DNA from: Elusimicrobiota bacterium
GTDB taxonomy: Bacteria > Elusimicrobiota > Endomicrobiia > CG1-02-37-114 > JAHJSO01
NCBI GenBank assembly: GCA_043826435.1
Contig: JBDRQF010000030.1
Span: 1-64,000, forward strand
DNA: 64,000 nt
Reading direction: 5' to 3'
Part shown: positions 1 to 8,785 of the stretch, in pieces
Numbering within the stretch: position 1 is the stretch's first letter
Layout of the letters: each line of letters opens with the position of its first letter
Notes under the pieces: model-generated
Databases searched by the model: none
Told to the model about the DNA's origin: nothing
What the model saw: only the letters and a program-made list of their open reading frames with translations
Made by a program: the position numbers and the translations under genes

Positions 1-1
1 T

Positions 2-190
2 TTCAGGACGTGCGACGTTACCGGTTCAACAAAGTTGCCTGCGGGCGTTGAGATGGTAATGCCCGGCGACAACATAGAAATGGATGCGGAACTGCTTACG
101 CCGATAGCGATGGAGAAACAGTTAAGGTTTGCGATAAGGGAAGGGGGACACACGGTCGGCGCCGGCGTCGTGACCGAGATAGTTGAATAA
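2..190 (+). CDS. tuf: Elongation factor Tu, C-terminal fragment (5' part outside window)
   Basis: Manual translation FRTCDVTG...EMVMPGDN...[20 protein letters not shown], the canonical EF-Tu C-terminus. Confidence 0.97.
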   Translation, partial: FRTCDVTGSTKLPAGVEMVMPGDNIEMDAELLTPIAMEKQLRFAIREGGHTVGAGVVTEIVE

Positions 191-192
191 AA

Positions 193-345
193 ATGGCTGA
201 AAGAATAATTCTGACATTAAGTTGTTCAGTGTGCAGGAATAAAAACTATTATATTGCACGGGGGAAGAAAAAGGAATACAAAATTGAAACCAAGAAATTC
301 TGCCCGAAATGCAAAAAGCATACTGTCCATAAAGAAACAAAATAG
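193..345 (+). CDS. rpmG: 50S ribosomal protein L33 (Zn-binding, two CxxC)
   Basis: Manual translation MAERIILTLSCSVCRNKNYY...KKFCPKCKKHTVHKETK*; lies between tuf and secE. Confidence 0.95.
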   Translation: MAERIILTLSCSVCRNKNYYIARGKKKEYKIETKKFCPKCKKHTVHKETK

Positions 346-441
346 ATGGGGTACACCGACAGTGGTGGTAGCGGCGGGTATCCGGTAAACGGGTAAGAGT
401 CCGGATGGGATACGTGCTGGCGTGTATTTAATCGTATAACT

Positions 442-513
442 GGGGGTGTCGGTTAATTGGCAAACCACTGGTCTCCAAAACCAGGACTGCGGGTTCAAAT
501 CCTGCCACCCCCG
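442..513 (+). tRNA. tRNA-Trp (CCA), 3' CCA not encoded
   Basis: GGGGGTG/CACCCCC acceptor stem; CTGGT-CTCCAAA-ACCAG anticodon arm; GGTTCAAATCC T-loop; usual position before secE. Confidence 0.95.
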
Positions 514-619
514 TATGTTAAAGAAAACCTGTAATGCGTTATTTAGCATAGTTAACAGGGTTGTCACCATTACCCGTTCCTGTTGACCCGGTTACTGCTG
601 ACAAAGTTGAGGGCATTCA

Positions 620-817
620 ATGAACATTATCCGTTATCTCGTGCAGTTCGTAAAAGAAGCATATTTTGAACTTAAAAAGGTAAGCTGGCTTTCAAAAAAA
701 CAGGTGGCCGCTTCTACGGTGATTGTTATCATTTTTGTTCTGATAGTGGCCTTATATGTCGGCATTGTTGACCTCGTACTTTCAAAGATACTGGAAATTG
801 TAATCGGGGCAAGGTAG
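620..817 (+). CDS. secE: Preprotein translocase subunit SecE
   Basis: ELKKVSW motif, one TM helix, upstream of nusG. Confidence 0.93.
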   Translation: MNIIRYLVQFVKEAYFELKKVSWLSKKQVAASTVIVIIFVLIVALYVGIVDLVLSKILEIVIGAR

Positions 818-833
818 TAATAAGGAGGTAATA

Positions 834-1364
834 ATGAGCAGGGGATGGTATGTCGTCAGGACAAGGTCGGAGTACGAGCGCAAGGTGAAAGAGAAGTTAG
901 AGAAGACGGTTCAGACGCTTCAACTTTTAAACAAGATATTTGAAATAAAAGTTCCTTCTGAAAAGGTCATTGAGGTCAGGAAGAGCAAAAAATATGTAAA
1001 GGAAAGGACATATTTTACCGGCTATGTTTTTATTGATATGGATATGGACCAGGAAACATACTGGATAGTGAGGAATATTCCCGGCGTCAGCGGTTTCCTT
1101 GGAGGTGTGCATCCGACGTCGCTGCCTGAAATTGAAGTAAAAAACCTTATAGACATATCCGAACGGATCACACAAGTTACGCCGAAACTGGCTGTGAGTT
1201 TTGAAAAAGAAGAAAACATCAGAATTATAGAGGGCCCGTTCAGGCATTTTATGGGCGTGGTGGATGAGATAAATGAAGAAAGAGGCAAGTTAAGGATAAT
1301 GGTTACGATATTTGGCCGTCCGACACCCGTGGAACTGGATTTCTTCCAGGTGGAAAAAATTTAA
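834..1364 (+). CDS. nusG: Transcription termination/antitermination factor NusG
   Basis: WYVV...GYVFIDM NGN domain; KOW domain GPF...[18 protein letters not shown]. Confidence 0.97.
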   Translation: MSRGWYVVRTRSEYERKVKEKLEKTVQTLQLLNKIFEIKVPSEKVIEVRKSKKYVKERTYFTGYVFIDMDMDQETYWIVRNIPGVSGFLGGVHPTSLPEIEVKNLIDISERITQVTPKLAVSFEKEENIRIIEGPFRHFMGVVDEINEERGKLRIMVTIFGRPTPVELDFFQVEKI

Positions 1365-1396
1365 TTGGGTGCGAGGGCACGGGGAGGAATAAACCA

Positions 1397-1828
1397 ATGG
1401 CGAAGAAAGTAAAAACGCAAATTAAATTACAGATACCGGCTGGCGGAGCAACCCCGGCGCCCCCGGTGGGCCCGGCGCTTGGTCAGCACGGCCTGAACAT
1501 TATGGATTTCTGTAACCAGTTCAATGCCAAGACAAAGCCGATGGAAGCCGGTATGGCAATACCCGCGGTCATAACTATTTTTGAGGACAGGACTTTCAGT
1601 TTCATATTGAAAATGCCGCCCGTGTCGGCGCTGCTTAAGAAAGCCGCAGGCCTTGCGAAAGCAAGCGGGGAGCCGAACAAGAATAAGGTAGGCAAAGTAA
1701 CGAAGTCACAGGTAAAAGAGATAGCGAAGCAAAAACTTCCCGATTTGAATACCATGTCCATTGAATCCGCAATCAGTACTGTTGAAGGTACGGCAAAGAG
1801 CATGGGGATTGAAATAATTGAGGAGTAG
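1397..1828 (+). CDS. rplK: 50S ribosomal protein L11
   Basis: [23 protein letters not shown] signature. Confidence 0.98.
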   Translation: MAKKVKTQIKLQIPAGGATPAPPVGPALGQHGLNIMDFCNQFNAKTKPMEAGMAIPAVITIFEDRTFSFILKMPPVSALLKKAAGLAKASGEPNKNKVGKVTKSQVKEIAKQKLPDLNTMSIESAISTVEGTAKSMGIEIIEE

Positions 1829-1882
1829 CGGGCGCCGTCACTGCGGAGGCGCGCAGGATTGAGAAAGCGGAGGTTATAAAGC

Positions 1883-2572
1883 ATGTCAAAAAGAAAAGCA
1901 GAGATAGAAAAGATGGTTGATAAAACAAAAGTGTATGCGCTTGGCGATGCGATTGATTTACTCAAGCAGTCGGCGCGCACAAAGTTTGACGAGACGGTTG
2001 AATTACATGTCCGGTTGGGGATTGACCCGAAGAAAAGCGACCAGCTGGTAAGGGGCACGGTCGTTTTACCCCACGGCATAGGCAAGAGCCGGAAAGTCGC
2101 CGTGGTTGCGAAGGGTGAAAAGGTTAAAGAGGCGGAAGACAGCGGGGCGGATACCGTCGGTGGGGAAGACCTGATTGAAAAGATTTCAAAGGGATGGTTG
2201 GGTTTTGATGTCCTCGTTGCCACGCCCGATGTGATGAAAGACCTTTCAAAATTAGGCAAGTTGCTGGGTACGAAAGGCCTTATGCCGTCTCCGAAATCAG
2301 GGACGGTCACGTTTGAAATAGCCAGGACGGTCAAGGAACTCAAAACAGGCAGGGTTGAATTCAAGAATGACGAATATGGTATAATCCACTGCCCCGTCGG
2401 AAAGGTCTCATTTGACAAGGAAAAACTAACGGAAAATATTAGCGACTTTTTGGATGCGGTAGTAAGGGCCAAAACCCCGGCGACTAAGGGACATTACCTG
2501 CTGTCGGTTACGCTCTCGTCCACGATGGGTCCTGGTATCCGGATTGATGCTGTCGGCATATTGAATAAGTAG
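1883..2572 (+). CDS. rplA: 50S ribosomal protein L1
   Basis: KFDETVE, LPHG, GLMPSPKSGTV and SSTMGPG motifs. Confidence 0.98.
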   Translation: MSKRKAEIEKMVDKTKVYALGDAIDLLKQSARTKFDETVELHVRLGIDPKKSDQLVRGTVVLPHGIGKSRKVAVVAKGEKVKEAEDSGADTVGGEDLIEKISKGWLGFDVLVATPDVMKDLSKLGKLLGTKGLMPSPKSGTVTFEIARTVKELKTGRVEFKNDEYGIIHCPVGKVSFDKEKLTENISDFLDAVVRAKTPATKGHYLLSVTLSSTMGPGIRIDAVGILNK

Positions 2573-2638
2573 GTTTTTGAAAAAGGGGAGCCGGCCGGCG
2601 TCCTGCGGGTGTCTCAGGCGGAGATGCAGGAGAAAAAT

Positions 2639-3514
2639 ATGAAGAAATTGAAAATGGGTCTGCCCAAGGGCACTTTACAAAAGGCCACCTTTGAGATTTT
2701 TGCAAAGGCGGGTATAAAAATATACAGTAATGATGCGAGGGCGTATAAACCTTCATCCAACGATGATGAACTTGACATAACGCTTTTCCGCGCGCAGGAA
2801 ATACCCGGCTACGTAGAACAGGGAGTACTTGACTGCGGCATAAGCGGGTATGACTGGATATGTGAATCAAGCGCCGTTGTTAAAGAAATATGCGAGCTTA
2901 TGTACGCAAAGAGCGGTTTCAGTCCTGTCCGCTGGGTACTGGCAGTCCCGGAAAATTCAGGCATAAAATCCGCGAAAGGACTTGTGAATAAACGCGTAGC
3001 GACGGAAATAGTTAATGTTGCAAAAAAATATTTAAGAAAGAAGGGTGTAAAAGCGGAAGTGGAATTTTCATGGGGGGCGACTGAGGTAAAGGTCCCGGAT
3101 TTTGTGGATGCCATCATAGAACTTACGGAAACAGGCAACTCGCTCCGGGCGAACAAATTGAAAATTATTGACGAGGTCCTTGTTTCAACGACAAGGTTCT
3201 TTGCAAACCCGGCCGCTTACAGGAACCCATGGAAGAGGGAAAAGATGGATAGTATAGCCATACTGCTGGAAGGCGCGCTCGCCGCCCAGAATATGGTCGG
3301 GTTAAAGATGAACTGCCGCGAAAAAGACATCAAAAAAATCATAAACATTCTCCCCGCCATGAAAAAACCGACAATCTCAAAACTTTCACTCCGCGACTGG
3401 GTAGCCCTTGAAGTTGTGCTTGAAGAAAACGAGGTCAAAAAAATAATACCCGAACTGAAAAGAGCAGGAGCAGAGGGTATCATTGAATATCCGCTCAACA
3501 AGGTAATACCCTGA
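2639..3514 (+). CDS. hisG: ATP phosphoribosyltransferase, long form
   Basis: GLPKG, GATE and ETGNSLRAN motifs plus C-terminal regulatory domain; start taken at ATG 2639 after AGGAG. Confidence 0.95.
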   Translation: MKKLKMGLPKGTLQKATFEIFAKAGIKIYSNDARAYKPSSNDDELDITLFRAQEIPGYVEQGVLDCGISGYDWICESSAVVKEICELMYAKSGFSPVRWVLAVPENSGIKSAKGLVNKRVATEIVNVAKKYLRKKGVKAEVEFSWGATEVKVPDFVDAIIELTETGNSLRANKLKIIDEVLVSTTRFFANPAAYRNPWKREKMDSIAILLEGALAAQNMVGLKMNCREKDIKKIINILPAMKKPTISKLSLRDWVALEVVLEENEVKKIIPELKRAGAEGIIEYPLNKVIP

Positions 3515-3516
3515 AA

Positions 3517-6219
3517 ATGTCCAAAAGGTATGTTGGATTCATCGCCATACTTGCCGCCGCGCTACTTTTGTATCCCCCCATCGTTTTTTCTGTGATAGAC
3601 AAGTCATACGAGAACGACCTTAAATACGGTTCCCCTTCCGTCCGGATAAAAACGGTGGAATCAATTGGCCGTTCGGGTAACCCTGAGTACGTTGAAATGC
3701 TTCTTTCTTACTCAAAGGACGCCGAGATTGACGTCCGCGTGGCAATCGCCAGGTCGTTGCTCCTGTTAAACGCAAAGGAATACACGGACAGAATTATTGA
3801 TTTGCTGGACGATGCCTCGCCGGACGTGTGCGCGGAATTAAGAAAAACCCTGGTAGGCATTGGAAGGACGGAAGTATTCAAGAAAAAATTAACCGGGCAC
3901 CCGAACCCCGATGTCAGGAAGCAAATCGCAATAATCTTTGGTGAGACGAAAGACCCTGCCGCTGTTGATGTGCTTCTTAAGGCACTGAAGGACACCGATT
4001 TTGTCAGGTTCGCTGCAGTTAAATCGTTAGGGCAGGTTGGAGACAAGTCGGTATCGGCCCCGCTGACAAATGCCCTTAAAGACCCGTTAGGTGAAATCAG
4101 GGTGCAGGCGGCGAAGGCGCTTACGAATTTAAAAATTTACAGTTCGGTGCCGGACATTTTGAATCTCCTCGTTGACCTTGATTCTACCGTCAGGGGAAAT
4201 ACGGAAAGAGTACTTGACGGTTTCGTGTCCGACGATACGGTGCTGTACTTCGTCCAGGCGGTTATGAAAGACAGGAGGACGCCTGTCAGGATTTATGCTA
4301 CGAGGGCAATCGGGCTATTAGGCAGTAAATCGGTTGCGGTTGTGCTCTTTGAAGCCCTGAAAGACAAAGACCCGTCTGTCCGCCAGGAGGCGATAAAATC
4401 ACTTGAGAAAATCATTGACGGAACGATGGTGTTCAACCTGTGCCTCTCGCTGAATGAAAAGGACATAAATGTCCGAAATTATGCAGTGAAAACCCTTGAG
4501 CGGCTTAAAGACCCAAGGGCAGTCCCTTTCCTGATAGACCGTCTTAAAAAGGAAAAAGACCAGGAACTCAGGACTCTTATACAGGATACAATCATCGGGA
4601 TATCCGATATTTCAATAGTTGATTTCCTGGCGAAGGCATTGTATGATAAGACCCTCGTTGTAAGAATAACGGCCGTCAGGGCGATTGAAAAACTCAAGCC
4701 GCCGGAAATCCTGACTGAACTGTCCGATTTACTATCAAGGGAAAAAGACATTGAGTTAAAATATGCAATCATTTCAACGGTGAAGGCGTTTAATAATAAG
4801 TCCGCGCTGCCGGGTTTGCATGTGTCCCTCAGGAAAGAAAAAAACCTGGAGATTAAACTGGAAATCATCAACGTCCTGAAGGAACTTAAAGATTATTCCA
4901 GTATCCCCGTTGCCCTGGAATCATTGAAATACGGAGACGAGACGATAAGGATGGAATCGGAGTACCTGCTTGAGCAGTTAGCCGATATGCAGTCCATTGA
5001 TTTTTTCCTGGAGGCAGCCGGGGACCAGAGTATCGTTGTCCGGGGATTTGCCATGAAGGTACTGAAAAAATTCCCCGTGGCGAAGGTTCTGCCCGTAGTC
5101 ATTGCGGGGCTCGGAGACAGCGATCCTTTCATAAGGAAAGACGCCGTCTATATACTTGGGGTTATAGCCGATAAATCCACGATACCGGAACTTACCAGGA
5201 TGCTGAAAGACAGGGATGAGGACATAAGGATAGAGACGGTCAGTGCCCTCGCAAACATGGGTTTCCCCAGGGACGTTTTACCTTACATGGAAATCTGTCT
5301 GGTGGACAAATCAGCGACGGTCCGGCTTGAGGCGGTGAAGTTCATCCATGAAAACGGAGACAGGGCTTTTGTTGAGGGGTTCTCTAATGCATTAAAGAAA
5401 GAAAGTGAAGTTACCGTGAAGGAAGAGATAATAAAGGGACTGCAGAAGATGAAAGACCCTGCAGCCATAGGAGCACTTAAAAGGTCGCTGAAAGACATGG
5501 AGCCGTCCGTCAGGAAATCAGCCGCTTCAGCCCTGGGTGATATCGGCGACCCCGTCATCATACCGGACCTTAAAAAGGTATTCTATAATGATTATAGTTC
5601 GGAAGTCCGCGCAGAGACGATGGTCGCCATGGCGAAACTGGACGTAAAGGACATGATTCCCGAGTTTATGGGAAAGGTATCTGATGTCACCGACATTACG
5701 ATAAGTTCGGCGGCGAAACGGTCTCTTGACATCCTGCTGGACGAGTCAAATACTTCTTACCTTATAGGATGCCTGCAGAGCGAACACAGGAGCATAAGGA
5801 ATTACTCTTACAGCGTGTTGAAGAGGATGCCCAGGACGGAAAAACTTCCGGTTGACGGCCTGTTTAAACTTTTAAAAAAGGCAAGCGGAGAAATAAGACA
5901 GCAGGCGATGGAACTTATTGACAGTATGATTGACAACAAACTCCTGCCGGACTTTCTTGATTTGCTGAAAACATCGGATGACCCGCAACTTAAACAATGG
6001 GCGATAAAACATCTCGGGGAATTTAAGGACGAGAGTGTCGTCAGCCAGATGTCTGATGCAGTCAGGGACAGGGACGAAAACATGAGGAAGGAAGCTGTCC
6101 GGGCGTTGGGGAAAATAGGCGGCAGGAGAGCCATAGAAATACTGCAGCATGTTGCAGAAAAAGACGAGTCGCCTGCCGTTAGGTACCTGGCGAGGGAAAT
6201 GTTAAAAACCAAAAAATGA
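3517..6219 (+). CDS. Exported or membrane-anchored HEAT (PBS-lyase-like) repeat protein, 900 aa
   Basis: N-terminal hydrophobic signal, then many L.D.D..VR..A..AL..I repeats. Confidence 0.88.
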   Translation: MSKRYVGFIAILAAALLLYPPIVFSVIDKSYENDLKYGSPSVRIKTVESIGRSGNPEYVEMLLSYSKDAEIDVRVAIARSLLLLNAKEYTDRIIDLLDDASPDVCAELRKTLVGIGRTEVFKKKLTGHPNPDVRKQIAIIFGETKDPAAVDVLLKALKDTDFVRFAAVKSLGQVGDKSVSAPLTNALKDPLGEIRVQAAKALTNLKIYSSVPDILNLLVDLDSTVRGNTERVLDGFVSDDTVLYFVQAVMKDRRTPVRIYATRAIGLLGSKSVAVVLFEALKDKDPSVRQEAIKSLEKIIDGTMVFNLCLSLNEKDINVRNYAVKTLERLKDPRAVPFLIDRLKKEKDQELRTLIQDTIIGISDISIVDFLAKALYDKTLVVRITAVRAIEKLKPPEILTELSDLLSREKDIELKYAIISTVKAFNNKSALPGLHVSLRKEKNLEIKLEIINVLKELKDYSSIPVALESLKYGDETIRMESEYLLEQLADMQSIDFFLEAAGDQSIVVRGFAMKVLKKFPVAKVLPVVIAGLGDSDPFIRKDAVYILGVIADKSTIPELTRMLKDRDEDIRIETVSALANMGFPRDVLPYMEICLVDKSATVRLEAVKFIHENGDRAFVEGFSNALKKESEVTVKEEIIKGLQKMKDPAAIGALKRSLKDMEPSVRKSAASALGDIGDPVIIPDLKKVFYNDYSSEVRAETMVAMAKLDVKDMIPEFMGKVSDVTDITISSAAKRSLDILLDESNTSYLIGCLQSEHRSIRNYSYSVLKRMPRTEKLPVDGLFKLLKKASGEIRQQAMELIDSMIDNKLLPDFLDLLKTSDDPQLKQWAIKHLGEFKDESVVSQMSDAVRDRDENMRKEAVRALGKIGGRRAIEILQHVAEKDESPAVRYLAREMLKTKK

Positions 6220-6241
6220 TATAGAAAGGGGGGTCAAAAGC

Positions 6242-6622
6242 ATGTTTAAATCAGGCAAAAGGATTCATCTGGAAATAATAAAACTTGTGGTTATTGTGTT
6301 TTTTATTGTGTTGCTGGTTACCGGGTTTAATTTTTATTTGTTCCTGAGGACAGTCCTGCCCTCTGCCGTCCTTGTCCAGAGTAAATTGAGGATAATTATT
6401 TTCGGCGCGGTAAGCATTGTCCTGATGTTCGGTATTACCGCATTGCTTGTAAAGTGGTTCACTTATAATGTAGTCGGGCCCATACCGCGGCTACAGAGGG
6501 AAATAAAGGGAATGGTTGCTACGGGAAAAAATAACAAACTATTCGTTAGGAAGGAAGATAAATTAAGCGAGTTTATTGAGACGATAAACGAACTACTGGA
6601 AAAACTGGCTGGTAAACAGTGA
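6242..6622 (+). CDS. Small 2-TM membrane protein with C-terminal HAMP-like domain and no output domain
   Basis: Two hydrophobic segments, then VVGPIPRL...VRKEDKLSEFIETIN. Confidence 0.7.
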   Translation: MFKSGKRIHLEIIKLVVIVFFIVLLVTGFNFYLFLRTVLPSAVLVQSKLRIIIFGAVSIVLMFGITALLVKWFTYNVVGPIPRLQREIKGMVATGKNNKLFVRKEDKLSEFIETINELLEKLAGKQ

Positions 6623-7413
6623 GACCTGTCCTTTTATTTTTCTTGTTGGGGATTTTCGGCGGTGTTTTAACTACGCAGGCGCCCTGTGCCGGTGAAGAGG
6701 CGCCGCAGGTTCCGGGGATGGTGTGGGTGACTGCAGGGGAGTTTATAATGGGAACTGACGATGGTTTCCAGTACGAGACGCCTGCCAGGAGGGTATATCT
6801 GACCGGCTTTTACATTGACAGGTACGAGGTGACGAACGTCCAATACAAGAGGTTCATTGATTCAACGGAAGGCGTTCCGCCGCCTCACTGGAAAGACAGG
6901 GCGTTCCGCCGCGGCGAGGAAAATTTTCCGGTTACTAACGTGAGTTATTATGATGCACTCAGGTATGCAAGGTGGGCGGGTAAGCGCCTACCGACGGAAG
7001 AAGAGTGGGAGAAGGCAGCCAGGGGCGGTTTTTTTCTTGACGGCGATGCAGTCAGGAAAGAGAGGAACACCGAACCGGACCGTCTCTATCCCTGGGGTTA
7101 TGAATGGAATAAGAAATATGCAAACGTAAAACCGCTTTTTGGGTTTGGCGGCCCGAAGGCGACCGGGAGTTATCCCGACGGTGTAAGTCCTTATGGCTGT
7201 TATGATATGTGCGGCAACGTGTGGGAGTGGACTGTTTCATGGTTCGGCCCCTACCCGGGCAACGCGGCGAGCGATTCAAATTTTGGGGAGAAATACAAGG
7301 TAATAAGAAGCGGCAGTTTCCGCCATTCGGAAACAATTGCACAGACGGCAAGGAGGGATTTTATGAAGCCGGAAGCCGGGCGGATAGATGTCGGCTTCAG
7401 GTGTACAAAGTAG
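6619..7413 (+). CDS. Exported FGE-sulfatase (SUMF1)-fold protein
   Basis: Signal peptide; GEFIMG, YEVTN, RLPTEEEWEKAARG, YDMCGNVWEW and GFRC motifs. Confidence 0.9.
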   Translation: MRPVLLFFLLGIFGGVLTTQAPCAGEEAPQVPGMVWVTAGEFIMGTDDGFQYETPARRVYLTGFYIDRYEVTNVQYKRFIDSTEGVPPPHWKDRAFRRGEENFPVTNVSYYDALRYARWAGKRLPTEEEWEKAARGGFFLDGDAVRKERNTEPDRLYPWGYEWNKKYANVKPLFGFGGPKATGSYPDGVSPYGCYDMCGNVWEWTVSWFGPYPGNAASDSNFGEKYKVIRSGSFRHSETIAQTARRDFMKPEAGRIDVGFRCTK

Positions 7414-7467
7414 GAATGATAGTGGATCTAAACAAAGTGAGGAGTGCAACAATAGGGGGTGATTAAA

Positions 7468-7881
7468 ATGGACCACGAAGGCAAAGAGAGGAGAAAAAAA
7501 CTCCTGGTTGAAAGAAAAACGCAACTCAGGCATACGGGGCTTCTTGCAGTGTCGTTTCTGTTTATTCTGGTGCTGGTTGAACTTCATGTTTACGGGCTGG
7601 TAAGGAGCATGATGCCGAAACTAGCGCTGACCAGCGATTATTCCTACATAACAGGGCTTGGGTTACTGATAGGGGCGGAGATGCTGGTTATTATTCTTAT
7701 AGTCGGGTTTGTGAACGTGTTGTTCACTCACCGGCTCGTTGGCCCGCTTATGAGGGTTAGCAAGGAACTTGACGATATGTCGCAGAAGGGCGAGTATCAC
7801 CATCTGAAAATCAGGAAGAAAGACGACATCCATTCCATAGTATCTGAAATAAACAAGGTTATTGACAGGACAAAAAAATAA
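7468..7881 (+). CDS. Small 2-TM membrane protein with HAMP-like domain, paralog of 6242..6622
   Basis: RRKKLL...Q, two TM segments, THRLVGPLMRV...IRKKDDIHSIVSEIN; start could be 7459. Confidence 0.7.
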   Translation: MDHEGKERRKKLLVERKTQLRHTGLLAVSFLFILVLVELHVYGLVRSMMPKLALTSDYSYITGLGLLIGAEMLVIILIVGFVNVLFTHRLVGPLMRVSKELDDMSQKGEYHHLKIRKKDDIHSIVSEINKVIDRTKK

Positions 7882-7885
7882 TAAA

Positions 7886-8644
7886 ATGCGCAGGATATTT
7901 TTTATTTTAACCGCCTGTTTGTGCATAGTGGTACATTCTAACGGTTACCCTTCACCCGCAAAATATATCGGTATGGTGTATGTGGAGCCGGGCGAATTTG
8001 TTATGGGCAGCGCAGACGGTTTTGAATATGAAAGACCCAGGAACATTTTGCACCTGAAAGGGTTCTACATAGATAAATACGAGGTTACCAACAAGCAATA
8101 TAAAATTTTTATTGATGCGATTGGACACCCCGCCCCTCTGCACTGGAGGAAAGCCGTGTACCCGTCGGGGCAGGACAATTTCCCGGTTGTGAACGTAAGT
8201 TATTATGATGCTGAAAAATATGCCAGGTGGGCGGGCAAGCGACTGCCGACTGAACAGGAGTGGGAAAAGGCGGCGCGCGGAAATGACGGCAGGATTTATC
8301 CGTGGGGGAATGACTGGAAGAACAAGGTCGCAAACGTAAAACCGACGTTAGGTCTTTGGTCCGGGCCCCTGGCGATAGGGAGTTATCCCGGCGGCGCCAG
8401 CCCGTCCGGGTGTTTTGATATGGCGGGCAACGTCTGGGAATGGACGTCATCGTGGTTCGCCCCGTATCCGGGTAATATTTTATTGGAAAAATTCAGCACG
8501 GTTTTTAGAGGACAGAAATACAAGATTCTCCGCGGCGGCAGTTTCAAAACGACCCGTTCCATGTCCCAGTCCTTCAGGAGAGAGGTCCTTGAGCCGGACA
8601 AATTCCAGAACGATGCCGGCTTCAGGTGCGTCAAGGATTGGTAA
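7886..8644 (+). CDS. Exported FGE-sulfatase-fold protein, paralog of 6619..7413
   Basis: Signal peptide with possible LTAC lipobox; RLPTEQEWEKAARG, DMAGNVWEW, RGGS and GFRC motifs. Confidence 0.9.
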   Translation: MRRIFFILTACLCIVVHSNGYPSPAKYIGMVYVEPGEFVMGSADGFEYERPRNILHLKGFYIDKYEVTNKQYKIFIDAIGHPAPLHWRKAVYPSGQDNFPVVNVSYYDAEKYARWAGKRLPTEQEWEKAARGNDGRIYPWGNDWKNKVANVKPTLGLWSGPLAIGSYPGGASPSGCFDMAGNVWEWTSSWFAPYPGNILLEKFSTVFRGQKYKILRGGSFKTTRSMSQSFRREVLEPDKFQNDAGFRCVKDW

Positions 8645-8677
8645 TATCTTTGCCGTAGTGTAATACAACGTGTAGTG

Positions 8678-8778
8678 TGTCATTGCGAGGCCTGCCGTGT
8701 CATTGCGAGGCGAAGCCGAAGCAATCCCTTTGCCCACTCTGTCATTGCGAGGTCGCCAGAGGCGGCCGTGGCAATCTC
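8678..8778 (+). repeat. Cluster of GTCATTGCGAG-hairpin-CGWRGCAATCYC palindromic repeats (1 partial + 2 full)
   Basis: TGTCATTGCGAGG at 8678, 8698 and 8740; same element at 21496, 41354 and 62846. Confidence 0.9.
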
Positions 8779-8785
8779 AATAAAA

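Noticed and set aside
1365..1882. L1 autoregulatory leader before rplK or rplA
   Set aside because: GGAG-containing segments exist but cannot be distinguished from SD sequences without a covariance search.
1483..2472. 329-aa antisense ORF and the many other shadow ORFs in the track
   Set aside because: They lie opposite well-supported genes and show no recognisable motifs.
6619..8644. Diversity-generating retroelement targeting the FGE/CLec-fold genes
   Set aside because: No reverse transcriptase or template repeat in the window, and the two 3' ends differ at all base types rather than only at adenines.
8675..8785. N-terminal extension of GltX (and similar extensions on LepB and the HD-GYP protein)
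   Set aside because: These are open frames through the GTCATTGCGAG repeat; family homology begins at the downstream ATGs.
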